A DNA stretch of 64,000 bases. Origin: Phycisphaeraceae bacterium (GTDB lineage: Bacteria; Planctomycetota; Phycisphaerae; Phycisphaerales; Phycisphaeraceae). The position numbers and the translations under genes are program-made. A model generated the notes under the pieces. That model did not search any database and was not told the origin of the DNA. It worked only from the letters and a program-made list of their open reading frames with translations. Where the stretch lies: positions 480,001-544,000 of the forward strand of contig OY771506.1 in NCBI GenBank assembly GCA_963674705.1. Direction: 5' to 3'. This document shows, piece by piece, positions 56,236-64,000 of this stretch; position 1 is the first letter of the stretch; each line of letters starts with the position of its first letter.

Positions 56236-59200
56236 TTATCTGGAAAGCATACGGATCTGCTCAAGGATGCCGGGGTCCTTGATCTGCTTATCTCTTGCTA
56301 ACAATAGCGTCTTGCTGATCACCTCGGCGGTCTTGGGATCGTCATCGGCAAAAGGCAGGAACAGCCGCCCGCGGTGCTGGCCGTGGACGGGCACGATGAA
56401 TAGCGAGCCACCCGGCATAACGTGCGTCACCGCGCTTCCCAGATGCAGAGAGTAGCTGGCATGGTCTCCTTTAATCAGTGCGTGATTGTTCTCGATCCGT
56501 ACGTTCTGCATATCAAGCACAGCTAGCGTCTCGCTCAACAGGTTGCTGCGCATTTCGACCGTCGATGCACTAGCCTCGGGATCCACGCCGCCGCGATGTG
56601 CGACCGAAACGACCAGATCGAGATCACGCATCACCTCGCTGAAAACAAGCGGCGGGATCTGTTCAAGCTCGATCGGCTGCCATTCACCGATGCGGGTGAA
56701 ACGGACATCATCAACTGTCAACCCGTCTATTTCCGCGGGGGTGTAGAAGCCTTCCTCGAATCCAAGCCAAACAGAAAGCTTCAGGTCGTGGAACGTCTTG
56801 CGAACACCTTCTTCGGGTAGCGTTATCCAGCCTCGCTTACCAAGCAGCGCCAATGCCTGACTTGGATTGACCTGCTGGCCGGTATAACGCCTGGATAGTG
56901 TTTTATCGTTGCGCTCGGTATCGGTCAGGATATACAGCTCGCGGAACAGTTGCTTGAACGGCTGAACACGTTCAGCGGAAAAACATTCGTGCTGCCACTT
57001 GGACCAATCACCACGCTGAAGCAGGTCATACGGATGGGCGATGTGAATCGCTTCTGTTTTTTTCACCGGCTCCTGTGAACCGCTATGATCGATCAGCAGT
57101 TTGCCCGCCTTTTGTGGGTAGCCCGCAATCCCTTCGCCGATGAATACCAATCGCTCGAGCATGGGCTTGATCAAAGGGTGTTGCATCAGATCGCCCAGTT
57201 CTTCGCCGGTGAAGCGTTCGCCGCGGCACATCATCTGCTCGAGCGACAAACGCATCCGCGAGACCTGACGCTTAAGAGATGTCTTTCGATCACACAGCGC
57301 TTTGATCTTACGGTCTTTCTTTGCAGCAGCGGGGATCGACTTTTGCGATTTGCCGGCTTTTTCTACAGCAATCTCTGGTTCACCCGCGTCGGTGATAAAC
57401 AAGCTGATCGTAGCCTGCCCCACCGATACAGAAACAGGTCCTTCGGCCAAGTCGCTGACGGCCGAGGCTTCCATCGCCCATTGCAGCCGCAACGGATCAG
57501 GATAGCCGGCCGTCCTTGCAAGATTGGCCTGGCCAATCTCGACAGATCGTTTTTCGCTCGCCTGCCGCATGCTGCCAAACTGTTTACTCGTGCGCAGGAA
57601 TTCCTGCATCAACTCGTATCGTTTGAACAGGTCACTCTTGCGCGCTTTACCTCGCGCAAGTGGAAGCAGGCCGATGGCACGCACCGCGTCCTTGTGGCGT
57701 TTGTCTTTGATGCGTTTGGTCAGTTCGGTCTTGGTAACGTTGCCGAGCATTGCGTCAGCGAAAAGCTGAGCGCGCTTGTGCCCGCCGGCCGAAGACGCGT
57801 TTTTAGCCGCGTCATAAACCTGATCCCATCGTTTCTTTTTCAGCGTGTTATAAGTTTGCTTGAACCACTCCACATCAACAGCACCATCAACCAGGTCCTG
57901 CCCATCCAAGGCGGTACGCTCAGAGATTTCACGGATCCAGGCTTCACGAACCTCCTGCTCGACAGACCACTGATCGTCCTTGGTATGTGCGTGCAGCCAC
58001 CACACCGCTTCCTCAAAGCCGGGCCAGCCTATTGCCAGTTCAATGATGCGGGCCCACTGCGGTGCGAACATCGCTGTTTCGATCCAACGCGACTCTGGGA
58101 TATCTGCTTGCTGAGCGAGTTCTTTGAATTGTTCAGCGGTATCTTCTTCAAGCGGACAGCAACAACGGATCAGATGGCTGAAGCTGGTTTTCTTGTCGTT
58201 GCCTTCATCACCGTAAAAGCTGCTAGAACGCAGGAAGGCTGTTTTGCCGAGGGCTTTGAGTAGCTTCACAAGGTAGTCTATGCCGGGGACACTGCTGATA
58301 TGTCCGGCGGGTTGGGTTGCGGCCGTCGGCTCGTCACCACGAACCAGTTCTACTTCGAGCACACGGTCGCGTACGCGCTCGACCAGTGGTTTGAGCCTTG
58401 GCGATGTTTTAAATATTGCGTGAGGTTTTCGTATTGTCAGTTCTCGCAGGATAGACACGTGCACATGTTTGTGTACATTGCCCGGCTCATCGAACTTCCA
58501 CGCGTCAAGCAGCAGTTCATATACGTCGTGCTCGTTCATAATATCCAAACGTAAGCCGTGCGCCAGCATTGTGGTGTCGACCGTGCTGCGAACCGAATAA
58601 TATGGCGTATGCCACCAGTACCGGTCAGGCTCTTTTATCTTCGCTTGCGCTTCGTCGTATTCAGCCTGTTCTTGTAACTTTTGGGGATCGATAAACGATT
58701 GTCCATCAGTATCGATCGGCCGATCCAGCCAGAGATAAAGACGGATAAGGCGGGCAAGTTGTGTATCGTTCCAGTCATCAGGATGTTGCATGTACTCGTT
58801 CTTCAGGGCATTGAGCCAGTAGAGACGCAATGATTTGTATGAACGCAGCAATGGGATAGGCCGTTCTTGACCGATCGTCGCCAAAGCGGTTTCCGCGATA
58901 TCCAGTTTGAGACCCAACGAATCAGGATGGGTGTGACGTGCTGCAAGCCATCCGATCACATCGGACATCACCGAGTAATACCGGGGCCTTTTCTTTGGAA
59001 GCAACTCTGCATTAAAGCCGGGATTCTGTTTAAACGTGTCATCGTCGGAAGTCAGTGCGCCACACATCACCGCGGCCCGCCACGAGTCCAGGCCATCTTC
59101 ATCACGCAGGTCTGCGGATCGGTTGGCGTACCAATCCTCCCATACCTCCGCGAGCGGAAAATCATCGATGGGCGTATTACTTACATATGCTTTTCGTGGC

Positions 59201-61239
59201 CACAATCTGTTGTCATGCCCTAACAAGTCTTCCTTCTGCACGCCCGACCAATCTTCAACGGCTACCCGTGTCTCACGGTGCTTGTGAATCAGGTCGTCGA
59301 TCGCGTGGTAATAAACTGACGCGGCCTTCGTCATCAATGGGACTTTATGATCCTTTAGCGGCTGCGGCTTATATAGTTGGCTGGCATCCATCAGGCCCAA
59401 CGCATCTTGCAATGTGGGCTTCGTACGCTCCACACCCAGCACCTTATCAAGCAGGCTTTGCTCGCTATCGGTGAGTTGATCGCCGTGCTCTGCGACGTAT
59501 GTCTCGGCACGTTCATAACACTCATCCGGCAGGCGCTTGAGCGGTTGCAATGAACTCATCAACTCGACACCCGCCAACCGCTGCTGCTTATTGCGCGACG
59601 CCAGCAAGCGATCGATGCTGGCCAAGACGCCGGGGTCATCCTGCTTCCGCAAGAGCTTAAGCAAACCCCGGCGCAGGTCTCCCGCTTTACGCGTCAACAA
59701 AGATTCCAGTTGCTCGAAGTCCTCGGTGACTTCATCAACTCTTTCAAGCTGCCCAAGGACTTGCATTCGTACAGAACTGCTTGCGTCACCAATGAGATCA
59801 AGCAACAACGCATGCGTACCGTCCCAAGCCAACTGTTCCTTGGTAAGCCGTCTGATGAAGTTCTCTCGCCCCGCCGGGCTCATCGACGGCACGATCTTCA
59901 AGAATCTCGGCCAGTCATGTTGTTCGGCAAATCGCCAAATAACATCGGTGACCATACCGCGACTGATCGTCAATTCCATCCAAGGCCAAAGGATCGGCTT
60001 GAGTTTGGTCGCTTTGACCGGCAGCCGTCCACTCGCCGCCTCAAGCTTGGAAAAGAGATTGACTCCCTTTGGTTTGGTATTCAGCCAGGTTTGGCATGCT
60101 GAAAAGGCAGCAAATATCAGCCTCGGGTCTTCATCATCCAGCACCGGGATCAGTGCATTGTGCGCCTCTTCCGTTGAGAGCATGATCAGCATCCACGCGG
60201 CAGCGAAGCGCACCTCTGGCTTGCGGTGTTTTAATAGCTTGTTCGCAGCCGGTAAAGCCTGATACGCATCACTGAAGCCGAGAGACCATAAGGCAAAATA
60301 AATATCTTCCGCGTCGTCTGACTTCAATGCCGCTTCGATCGATTCGGGTTTCTGTAAATAACCCAAAACCTTTTCGATGATAGATTTGATATATCCACCC
60401 GAAGCCGAATCCCAATTCAGTGCAAACCAGACATCCGCTGCACGCACGACCGATGCGAAGCGCGTCAGGTTCTGATCAAGAATAAGTTTGAGCATCCGTT
60501 TGAATGCTTCGGGGTGTGCCTGTTTGATCGGCTCCAGGATCGCCTGACGCAATCCCTCCTGACGTTGCGCAGCAAGCAGCAGTTTCTCGAGGTATTCCCA
60601 AGCATCAGGCCTGCCGCACCCCATTAAGGCGACTGTGACATGTTTGCCCATCTGCCCGATATCGTGGTCGCCGTTGGCAGAATCCACAAGTGTTTGAAAA
60701 ACGCGCTGCCCCTGGTCCCCCCCACCATCAATTGCAGCGGCAAGTAATTGACCGATACTTTCCGGCATGTAACAGGGAAGGTAAGGCGTCCACGCAGCAA
60801 GCCACTGTGCATCCTGATCAAATCCATCAAGCATGAGGCAGATCGATTGCAGCCACTTGGCTCGTACATGCAATGAATGTTCTGGATGCGACGGTGCACG
60901 GAACGGCATGGCAAGATACGCAGGCGTGTATGGCTGCTGTTTCAACTGCTGCCAACAACGTTCCATATGCGGCGCGAGTTTGGGGAAGATGTCGGCAAAA
61001 ATAGACAGCCGTTCCTCGGTCGACAACGCATCAAGCCGGTTTGCCTTTTCATCCATGTCCGGCTTGTGTGTGTGTGCCGAAAAAGGCACTAGCGACTTAC
61101 GCGTCTTTAAACCTGCAAGCCTATACATAATCTCGCGCTGAGCCTCGGGCTTCTTGGCCAGACGTGCTTCCACACGCTGCTCCCACTTCGGGTCCCGCAG
61201 CATGTTCAGCTTTTCTTGAGCCTGTTCATTACTCAGCAT
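56236..61239 (-). CDS. Large helical-repeat DUF4132-type protein (DUF5724/DUF4132 architecture)
   Basis: 1667 aa; AAQRQEGLRQAILE; HEAT-like repeats; IAHPYDL, VQPFKQLFRELY, FSEVMRDLDLVVSVAH and LPFADDDPKTAEVISK motifs. Confidence 0.82.
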   Translation of the reverse strand: MLSNEQAQEKLNMLRDPKWEQRVEARLAKKPEAQREIMYRLAGLKTRKSLVPFSAHTHKPDMDEKANRLDALSTEERLSIFADIFPKLAPHMERCWQQLKQQPYTPAYLAMPFRAPSHPEHSLHVRAKWLQSICLMLDGFDQDAQWLAAWTPYLPCYMPESIGQLLAAAIDGGGDQGQRVFQTLVDSANGDHDIGQMGKHVTVALMGCGRPDAWEYLEKLLLAAQRQEGLRQAILEPIKQAHPEAFKRMLKLILDQNLTRFASVVRAADVWFALNWDSASGGYIKSIIEKVLGYLQKPESIEAALKSDDAEDIYFALWSLGFSDAYQALPAANKLLKHRKPEVRFAAAWMLIMLSTEEAHNALIPVLDDEDPRLIFAAFSACQTWLNTKPKGVNLFSKLEAASGRLPVKATKLKPILWPWMELTISRGMVTDVIWRFAEQHDWPRFLKIVPSMSPAGRENFIRRLTKEQLAWDGTHALLLDLIGDASSSVRMQVLGQLERVDEVTEDFEQLESLLTRKAGDLRRGLLKLLRKQDDPGVLASIDRLLASRNKQQRLAGVELMSSLQPLKRLPDECYERAETYVAEHGDQLTDSEQSLLDKVLGVERTKPTLQDALGLMDASQLYKPQPLKDHKVPLMTKAASVYYHAIDDLIHKHRETRVAVEDWSGVQKEDLLGHDNRLWPRKAYVSNTPIDDFPLAEVWEDWYANRSADLRDEDGLDSWRAAVMCGALTSDDDTFKQNPGFNAELLPKKRPRYYSVMSDVIGWLAARHTHPDSLGLKLDIAETALATIGQERPIPLLRSYKSLRLYWLNALKNEYMQHPDDWNDTQLARLIRLYLWLDRPIDTDGQSFIDPQKLQEQAEYDEAQAKIKEPDRYWWHTPYYSVRSTVDTTMLAHGLRLDIMNEHDVYELLLDAWKFDEPGNVHKHVHVSILRELTIRKPHAIFKTSPRLKPLVERVRDRVLEVELVRGDEPTAATQPAGHISSVPGIDYLVKLLKALGKTAFLRSSSFYGDEGNDKKTSFSHLIRCCCPLEEDTAEQFKELAQQADIPESRWIETAMFAPQWARIIELAIGWPGFEEAVWWLHAHTKDDQWSVEQEVREAWIREISERTALDGQDLVDGAVDVEWFKQTYNTLKKKRWDQVYDAAKNASSAGGHKRAQLFADAMLGNVTKTELTKRIKDKRHKDAVRAIGLLPLARGKARKSDLFKRYELMQEFLRTSKQFGSMRQASEKRSVEIGQANLARTAGYPDPLRLQWAMEASAVSDLAEGPVSVSVGQATISLFITDAGEPEIAVEKAGKSQKSIPAAAKKDRKIKALCDRKTSLKRQVSRMRLSLEQMMCRGERFTGEELGDLMQHPLIKPMLERLVFIGEGIAGYPQKAGKLLIDHSGSQEPVKKTEAIHIAHPYDLLQRGDWSKWQHECFSAERVQPFKQLFRELYILTDTERNDKTLSRRYTGQQVNPSQALALLGKRGWITLPEEGVRKTFHDLKLSVWLGFEEGFYTPAEIDGLTVDDVRFTRIGEWQPIELEQIPPLVFSEVMRDLDLVVSVAHRGGVDPEASASTVEMRSNLLSETLAVLDMQNVRIENNHALIKGDHASYSLHLGSAVTHVMPGGSLFIVPVHGQHRGRLFLPFADDDPKTAEVISKTLLLARDKQIKDPGILEQIRMLSR

Positions 61240-61245
61240 GATGTA

Positions 61246-61680
61246 TTAACCACCGGCCAGCATGACCAGTCTGAGAAAGGTAACCCGGCTATCGGGCTTC
61301 ATATGAACCTCCGCGTCGAGGTCCCGGTATTCCTGATCGTCTACAATCACCAAATACAATCCGTCTTCAAACGATACCAGCGCGTTGTCGATTGCTTCAT
61401 CGACTTCGACCTGTTGATCGAGATCGCGACCGCCCGAATCAACCTTGCCTCGCGCTGCCTGCTCCCGGATCGCCCGCTCGGTCAGCACCCGAATAAAGCG
61501 GTTCTCCTCCTGGCGATTACGAAAAGCCTCCACCGTCTCAACCACGACCCGCGTGATCAGGTCGCGCAATGTGAACGGTTCGCCACGCGACAGAACGGGC
61601 GGTATCGGGATAGACCAGTCGTCCAGCAGTCGCTTTCGCCTGCCGATCGCCCGCGCGGAAATAGTAATGGTCCCGACCAT
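61246..61680 (-). CDS. Small protein with ubiquitin/MoaD-like C-terminus ending in di-glycine
   Basis: C-terminus YLVIVDDQEYRDLDAEVHMKPDSRVTFLRLVMLAGG*; stop codon 6 bp upstream of the DUF4132 gene. Confidence 0.72.
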   Translation of the reverse strand: MVGTITISARAIGRRKRLLDDWSIPIPPVLSRGEPFTLRDLITRVVVETVEAFRNRQEENRFIRVLTERAIREQAARGKVDSGGRDLDQQVEVDEAIDNALVSFEDGLYLVIVDDQEYRDLDAEVHMKPDSRVTFLRLVMLAGG

Positions 61681-61828
61681 GAAAACAGATTATACCGCCC
61701 CATCGGACACCGACACCGACCAGCGTCTTTCTAATACAACAAGGCCTTTACATGCGGCCCCACAGTCACCCCGGCAGAGCGTTTGCCCGACTTTTCTCAA
61801 GGCTTTATGATATTAACACTAACTCCCA

Positions 61829-61900
61829 GCGGGCGTAACTCAATGGTAGAGTGTCAGCCTTCCAAGCTGAATGTTGAGGGTTCGAGTCCCTTCGCCCGCT
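61829..61900 (+). tRNA. tRNA-Gly (anticodon TCC), CCA not encoded
   Basis: Acceptor stem GCGGGCG/CGCCCGC, D-arm ACTC..GAGT, anticodon arm TCAGC-CTTCCAA-GCTGA, T-arm GAGGG-TTCGAGT-CCCTT. Confidence 0.97.
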
Positions 61901-62061
61901 TTCCTGAATCTGTATGACGAACAACGCCTTGTGCTGCCAACCGGCGACACGAGGCGTCTTTGTTTCGCCCACGTCGCAAGTTACGATCAAGCCGTACAAT
62001 CCAGGCCAACGCCACCCGGTCGCCCACACGTGCCAACGTGTGCCACCGTCGGCCTACCGTC

Positions 62062-62113
62062 CGTGCAAGGATTCGTACAAGCGCCCGAAACCACGTGCAA
62101 GGTTTCGTGCAAG
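62062..62113 (+). repeat. Putative integrase arm-type sites
   Basis: CGTGCAAGGATTCGTACAAG (62062-62081) and CGTGCAAGGTTTCGTGCAAG (62094-62113): four CGTRCAAG units. Confidence 0.6.
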
Positions 62114-62123
62114 GACTGCTTGG

Positions 62124-63332
62124 TCAGATCAACTGCGAGAGGAACGTCTGGGCGGGCACTACGGTCGGTCCCTGCGGCTTGGCGAAGCAATCCGCATCGA
62201 CGTAATCCAAGTCGATGACCACCTGGAACGCAAAGGGCGCTTTGACCTGTTCCTGGTACGTTCGCAGGGCTGGGCTTAACGAAGTTTCGCTGTGTTTGAC
62301 CTCGACCAGGAACCACGGCTTGCCGTCACGAATCACGGCGAAATCGACCTCCCGTTTTTCCTTGTCACGCAGGTACGCCAACTGGAACTTGCCAAGCCCC
62401 AAGTCATTCCAGCCATCAACCGCCTTGAGCAGGTGGCAGCCGACAAATGTCTCGGCTCGACTGCCCTCTTCTTCGATTTCCGCCCAGTCACGCAAGAACC
62501 ACTTCGGTTCCTTGCGAAGCGAACGGGTGACGTTCTTGAACCACGGCTTGATCAGGAATCCGTGATGAAGGCTGCTGAGCGTTTCGACCCAACGTCGAAC
62601 CGTGTCCACTGATACCTGCACATCCTTGGCCAGATTGCTGAACGTGATCTGCGAGCCAGATCGGCTAGCAAGCATCCGAGCCAGCACGCTGATCTGGTCA
62701 ATCTGCTGAACCTGTGTCAGGTCACGAAGGTCTTCGCGCAGCAGTTGTTGGATGCGAAGCGTCTGCCATCGGCGACTGAAACGTGGATCGCGTTTGAGAT
62801 ACGGCTCTGGATATCCGCCATGCTGCCAGAGGGAGTCTAAGTCGGTTGCCTTGGGCTTCTTCGGCAAGCGGACAATCCGCTTGGGATCAGGAAGATCACG
62901 GTGGACGATCTCAGCCACCGAGAATGGGTGCATGTGGTAGAGGAAGTATCGACCCATCAAGCTGTCGCCGACGCGGCGGTATATGTCGAGTCGGCTTGAG
63001 CCGGTGACCAGCACGTGTACCCGGTCGGCATAGCTGTCATAAAAGCCCTTGAGGAACTGCTTCCATCGCATGTACTTGTGCAGTTCATCGAACAGTGCGA
63101 CCGGCAGCTTGTCCCGAAGACGGTCAAGGCCCAACTGCTTAGCCACGGCAGCAGGCCCGGCGAGTATGGCGGCCTGATCGTCCGTATTGTCCCAGTTGGC
63201 GTAGCTGTCGGCATGGTTACGGCAGGTGGTGGTCTTGCCGACCTGCCGAGGTCCACTCACCAAAGCCATCTGCCGGTGCTGCGTCAAGTGCTCCGCGAGG
63301 AAGCGGTCGTAGATGCGTGCGACGGGTTTCAT
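62124..63332 (-). CDS. ATP-binding protein, AAA_14 + DUF4143
   Basis: GPRQVGKTT Walker A, LFDE Walker B, VTGSS, GGYPE, wHTH-like segment and C-terminal REVDF...VEVK nuclease-like motif. Confidence 0.9.
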   Translation of the reverse strand: MKPVARIYDRFLAEHLTQHRQMALVSGPRQVGKTTTCRNHADSYANWDNTDDQAAILAGPAAVAKQLGLDRLRDKLPVALFDELHKYMRWKQFLKGFYDSYADRVHVLVTGSSRLDIYRRVGDSLMGRYFLYHMHPFSVAEIVHRDLPDPKRIVRLPKKPKATDLDSLWQHGGYPEPYLKRDPRFSRRWQTLRIQQLLREDLRDLTQVQQIDQISVLARMLASRSGSQITFSNLAKDVQVSVDTVRRWVETLSSLHHGFLIKPWFKNVTRSLRKEPKWFLRDWAEIEEEGSRAETFVGCHLLKAVDGWNDLGLGKFQLAYLRDKEKREVDFAVIRDGKPWFLVEVKHSETSLSPALRTYQEQVKAPFAFQVVIDLDYVDADCFAKPQGPTVVPAQTFLSQLI

Positions 63333-63335
63333 GCT

Positions 63336-63397
63336 GACCATTTTCGATAGTATCGTAAAATAGTCAAGACCAATTTACGATGGCCACGAAAATAGTC
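63336..63397. promoter_or_regulatory. Two tandem 30-bp imperfect palindromes (putative operators)
   Basis: GACCATTTTCGATAGTATCGTAAAATAGTC (63336-63365) and GACCAATTTACGATGGCCACGAAAATAGTC (63368-63397), directly upstream of the AAA gene. Confidence 0.65.
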
Positions 63398-63413
63398 GGA
63401 CCAAGATGAGGCC

Positions 63414-64000
63414 TCAGCCCGCCACGGAATGGGCCTTATCGGTCCCATTACCTGCAGGTGTACCAAAGGCAGGCAACGCCTCAACTGCCCCGGCCACATC
63501 GAGCAGTGCCGGGTCGGTATACACATTCATCGTGAGTTCGAGACTGCTGTGCCGCATCGCGGCCATGGCGACGCGCGGGGCGACACCTGCCCGGGCGAGA
63601 TGGGTGCCGAACGTGTGGCGAAGGGCGTGCAGATCAACCACCCGGTCGCGTTCGTCTCGCTTGGGGATGCTCGCGGCAGCAAGGTCGCGATCGAACACAC
63701 GGATCTTGTCCTTGGGCATTGGGAACAGATGTGTCTCGTGCCGAAGTGTCCTACCGGCGCGTGCGTGGAGGTTGTTTATGTATGTCCGTAACACTTCGAC
63801 CAGGTCCGCTCGTAACGGGATCATCGCACCGCGACCTGCCTTCTCGTCTTTGGCAAGTAGTTCCAGATACGGGTACTCCCCATCGAGATGGGTCTGGCCC
63901 ACAGTGATACTGGCCAGTTCGTTCTTGCGCAAGCCGGTGCAGATCATCATGCGATACATCAGCGCCCGTTGCCGACCGACGAACATCAAGGTGTCGATGC
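63414..64000 (-). CDS. Tyrosine recombinase/integrase, C-terminal catalytic part (5' truncated by the window)
   Basis: TGLR.NE, EKAGR, HALRH, MRHS and NVY catalytic residues; frame open to the window edge. Confidence 0.92.
   Translation of the reverse strand, partial: IDTLMFVGRQRALMYRMMICTGLRKNELASITVGQTHLDGEYPYLELLAKDEKAGRGAMIPLRADLVEVLRTYINNLHARAGRTLRHETHLFPMPKDKIRVFDRDLAAASIPKRDERDRVVDLHALRHTFGTHLARAGVAPRVAMAAMRHSSLELTMNVYTDPALLDVAGAVEALPAFGTPAGNGTDKAHSVAG

Larger units (their letters stand above)
61880..64000. mobile_element. Left end of an integrative element (genomic island or prophage) at the tRNA-Gly 3' end
   Basis: Tyrosine integrase transcribed toward the tRNA 3' end, arm-like direct repeats at 62062-62113 and an accessory AAA gene; the other att site lies outside the window. 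Confidence 0.7.

Noticed and set aside
61246..61680. Ordinary MoaD/ThiS sulfur carrier
   Set aside because: Much longer than typical carriers, with no molybdopterin, thiamine or cysteine biosynthesis genes adjacent
61805..62316. Short ORFs overlapping the tRNA and att region
   Set aside because: They overlap tRNA-Gly and the arm-type repeats and are spurious translations

Overview
GC-rich bacterial DNA, most likely a Planctomycetota (Phycisphaerae-like) chromosome. That assignment is an inference from the PEP-CTERM proteins with dockerin-like GDLNGDGFVGLDDLD cassettes, a prepilin/H-X9-DG (DUF1559-like) protein and the many Tat-exported Gfo/Idh/MocA and TIM-barrel proteins. Blocks in order: (1) ~0.3-20 kb, a SusC/D-free polyuronate (probably alginate) utilisation locus with PL6 and PL38-like lyases, an unassigned beta-helix protein, two paralogous orphan PEP-CTERM proteins, a DUF1559-like pilin, an SSS transporter and two near-duplicate LacI regulators. 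(2) ~21-38.5 kb, uronate catabolism (eda, SDR, GH88, AraC, Gfo, TIM barrel, Zn-dehydrogenase, kdgK, uxaC) plus GH2, a sulfatase and housekeeping genes. (3) ~38.9-51.5 kb, a periplasmic 3-keto-glycoside-type cluster (MFS, DUF1080, 3 Tat Gfo, 2 Tat TIM barrels) extended by two ApbE flavin transferases, a CxxCH membrane protein and a YceI-FGE-fold fusion. (4) ~51.5-61.7 kb, a tightly packed six-gene minus-strand operon of unknown function: a ubiquitin-like protein ending in GG, a 1667-aa DUF4132-type protein, a Zn-ribbon/2TM/degenerate TOPRIM protein, a TPR lipoprotein, an AsnB-like ligase without the catalytic Cys, and an SSS transporter. This is the best candidate for an undescribed system. (5) tRNA-Gly(TCC) followed by the edge of an integrated element (arm-type repeats, AAA-DUF4143 gene, tyrosine integrase). 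Intergenic DNA carries many REP-like palindromes, heptamer tracts and a ~1 kb duplicated non-coding mosaic. No rRNA or CRISPR array was seen. All family assignments come from motif recognition by eye, not database searches.
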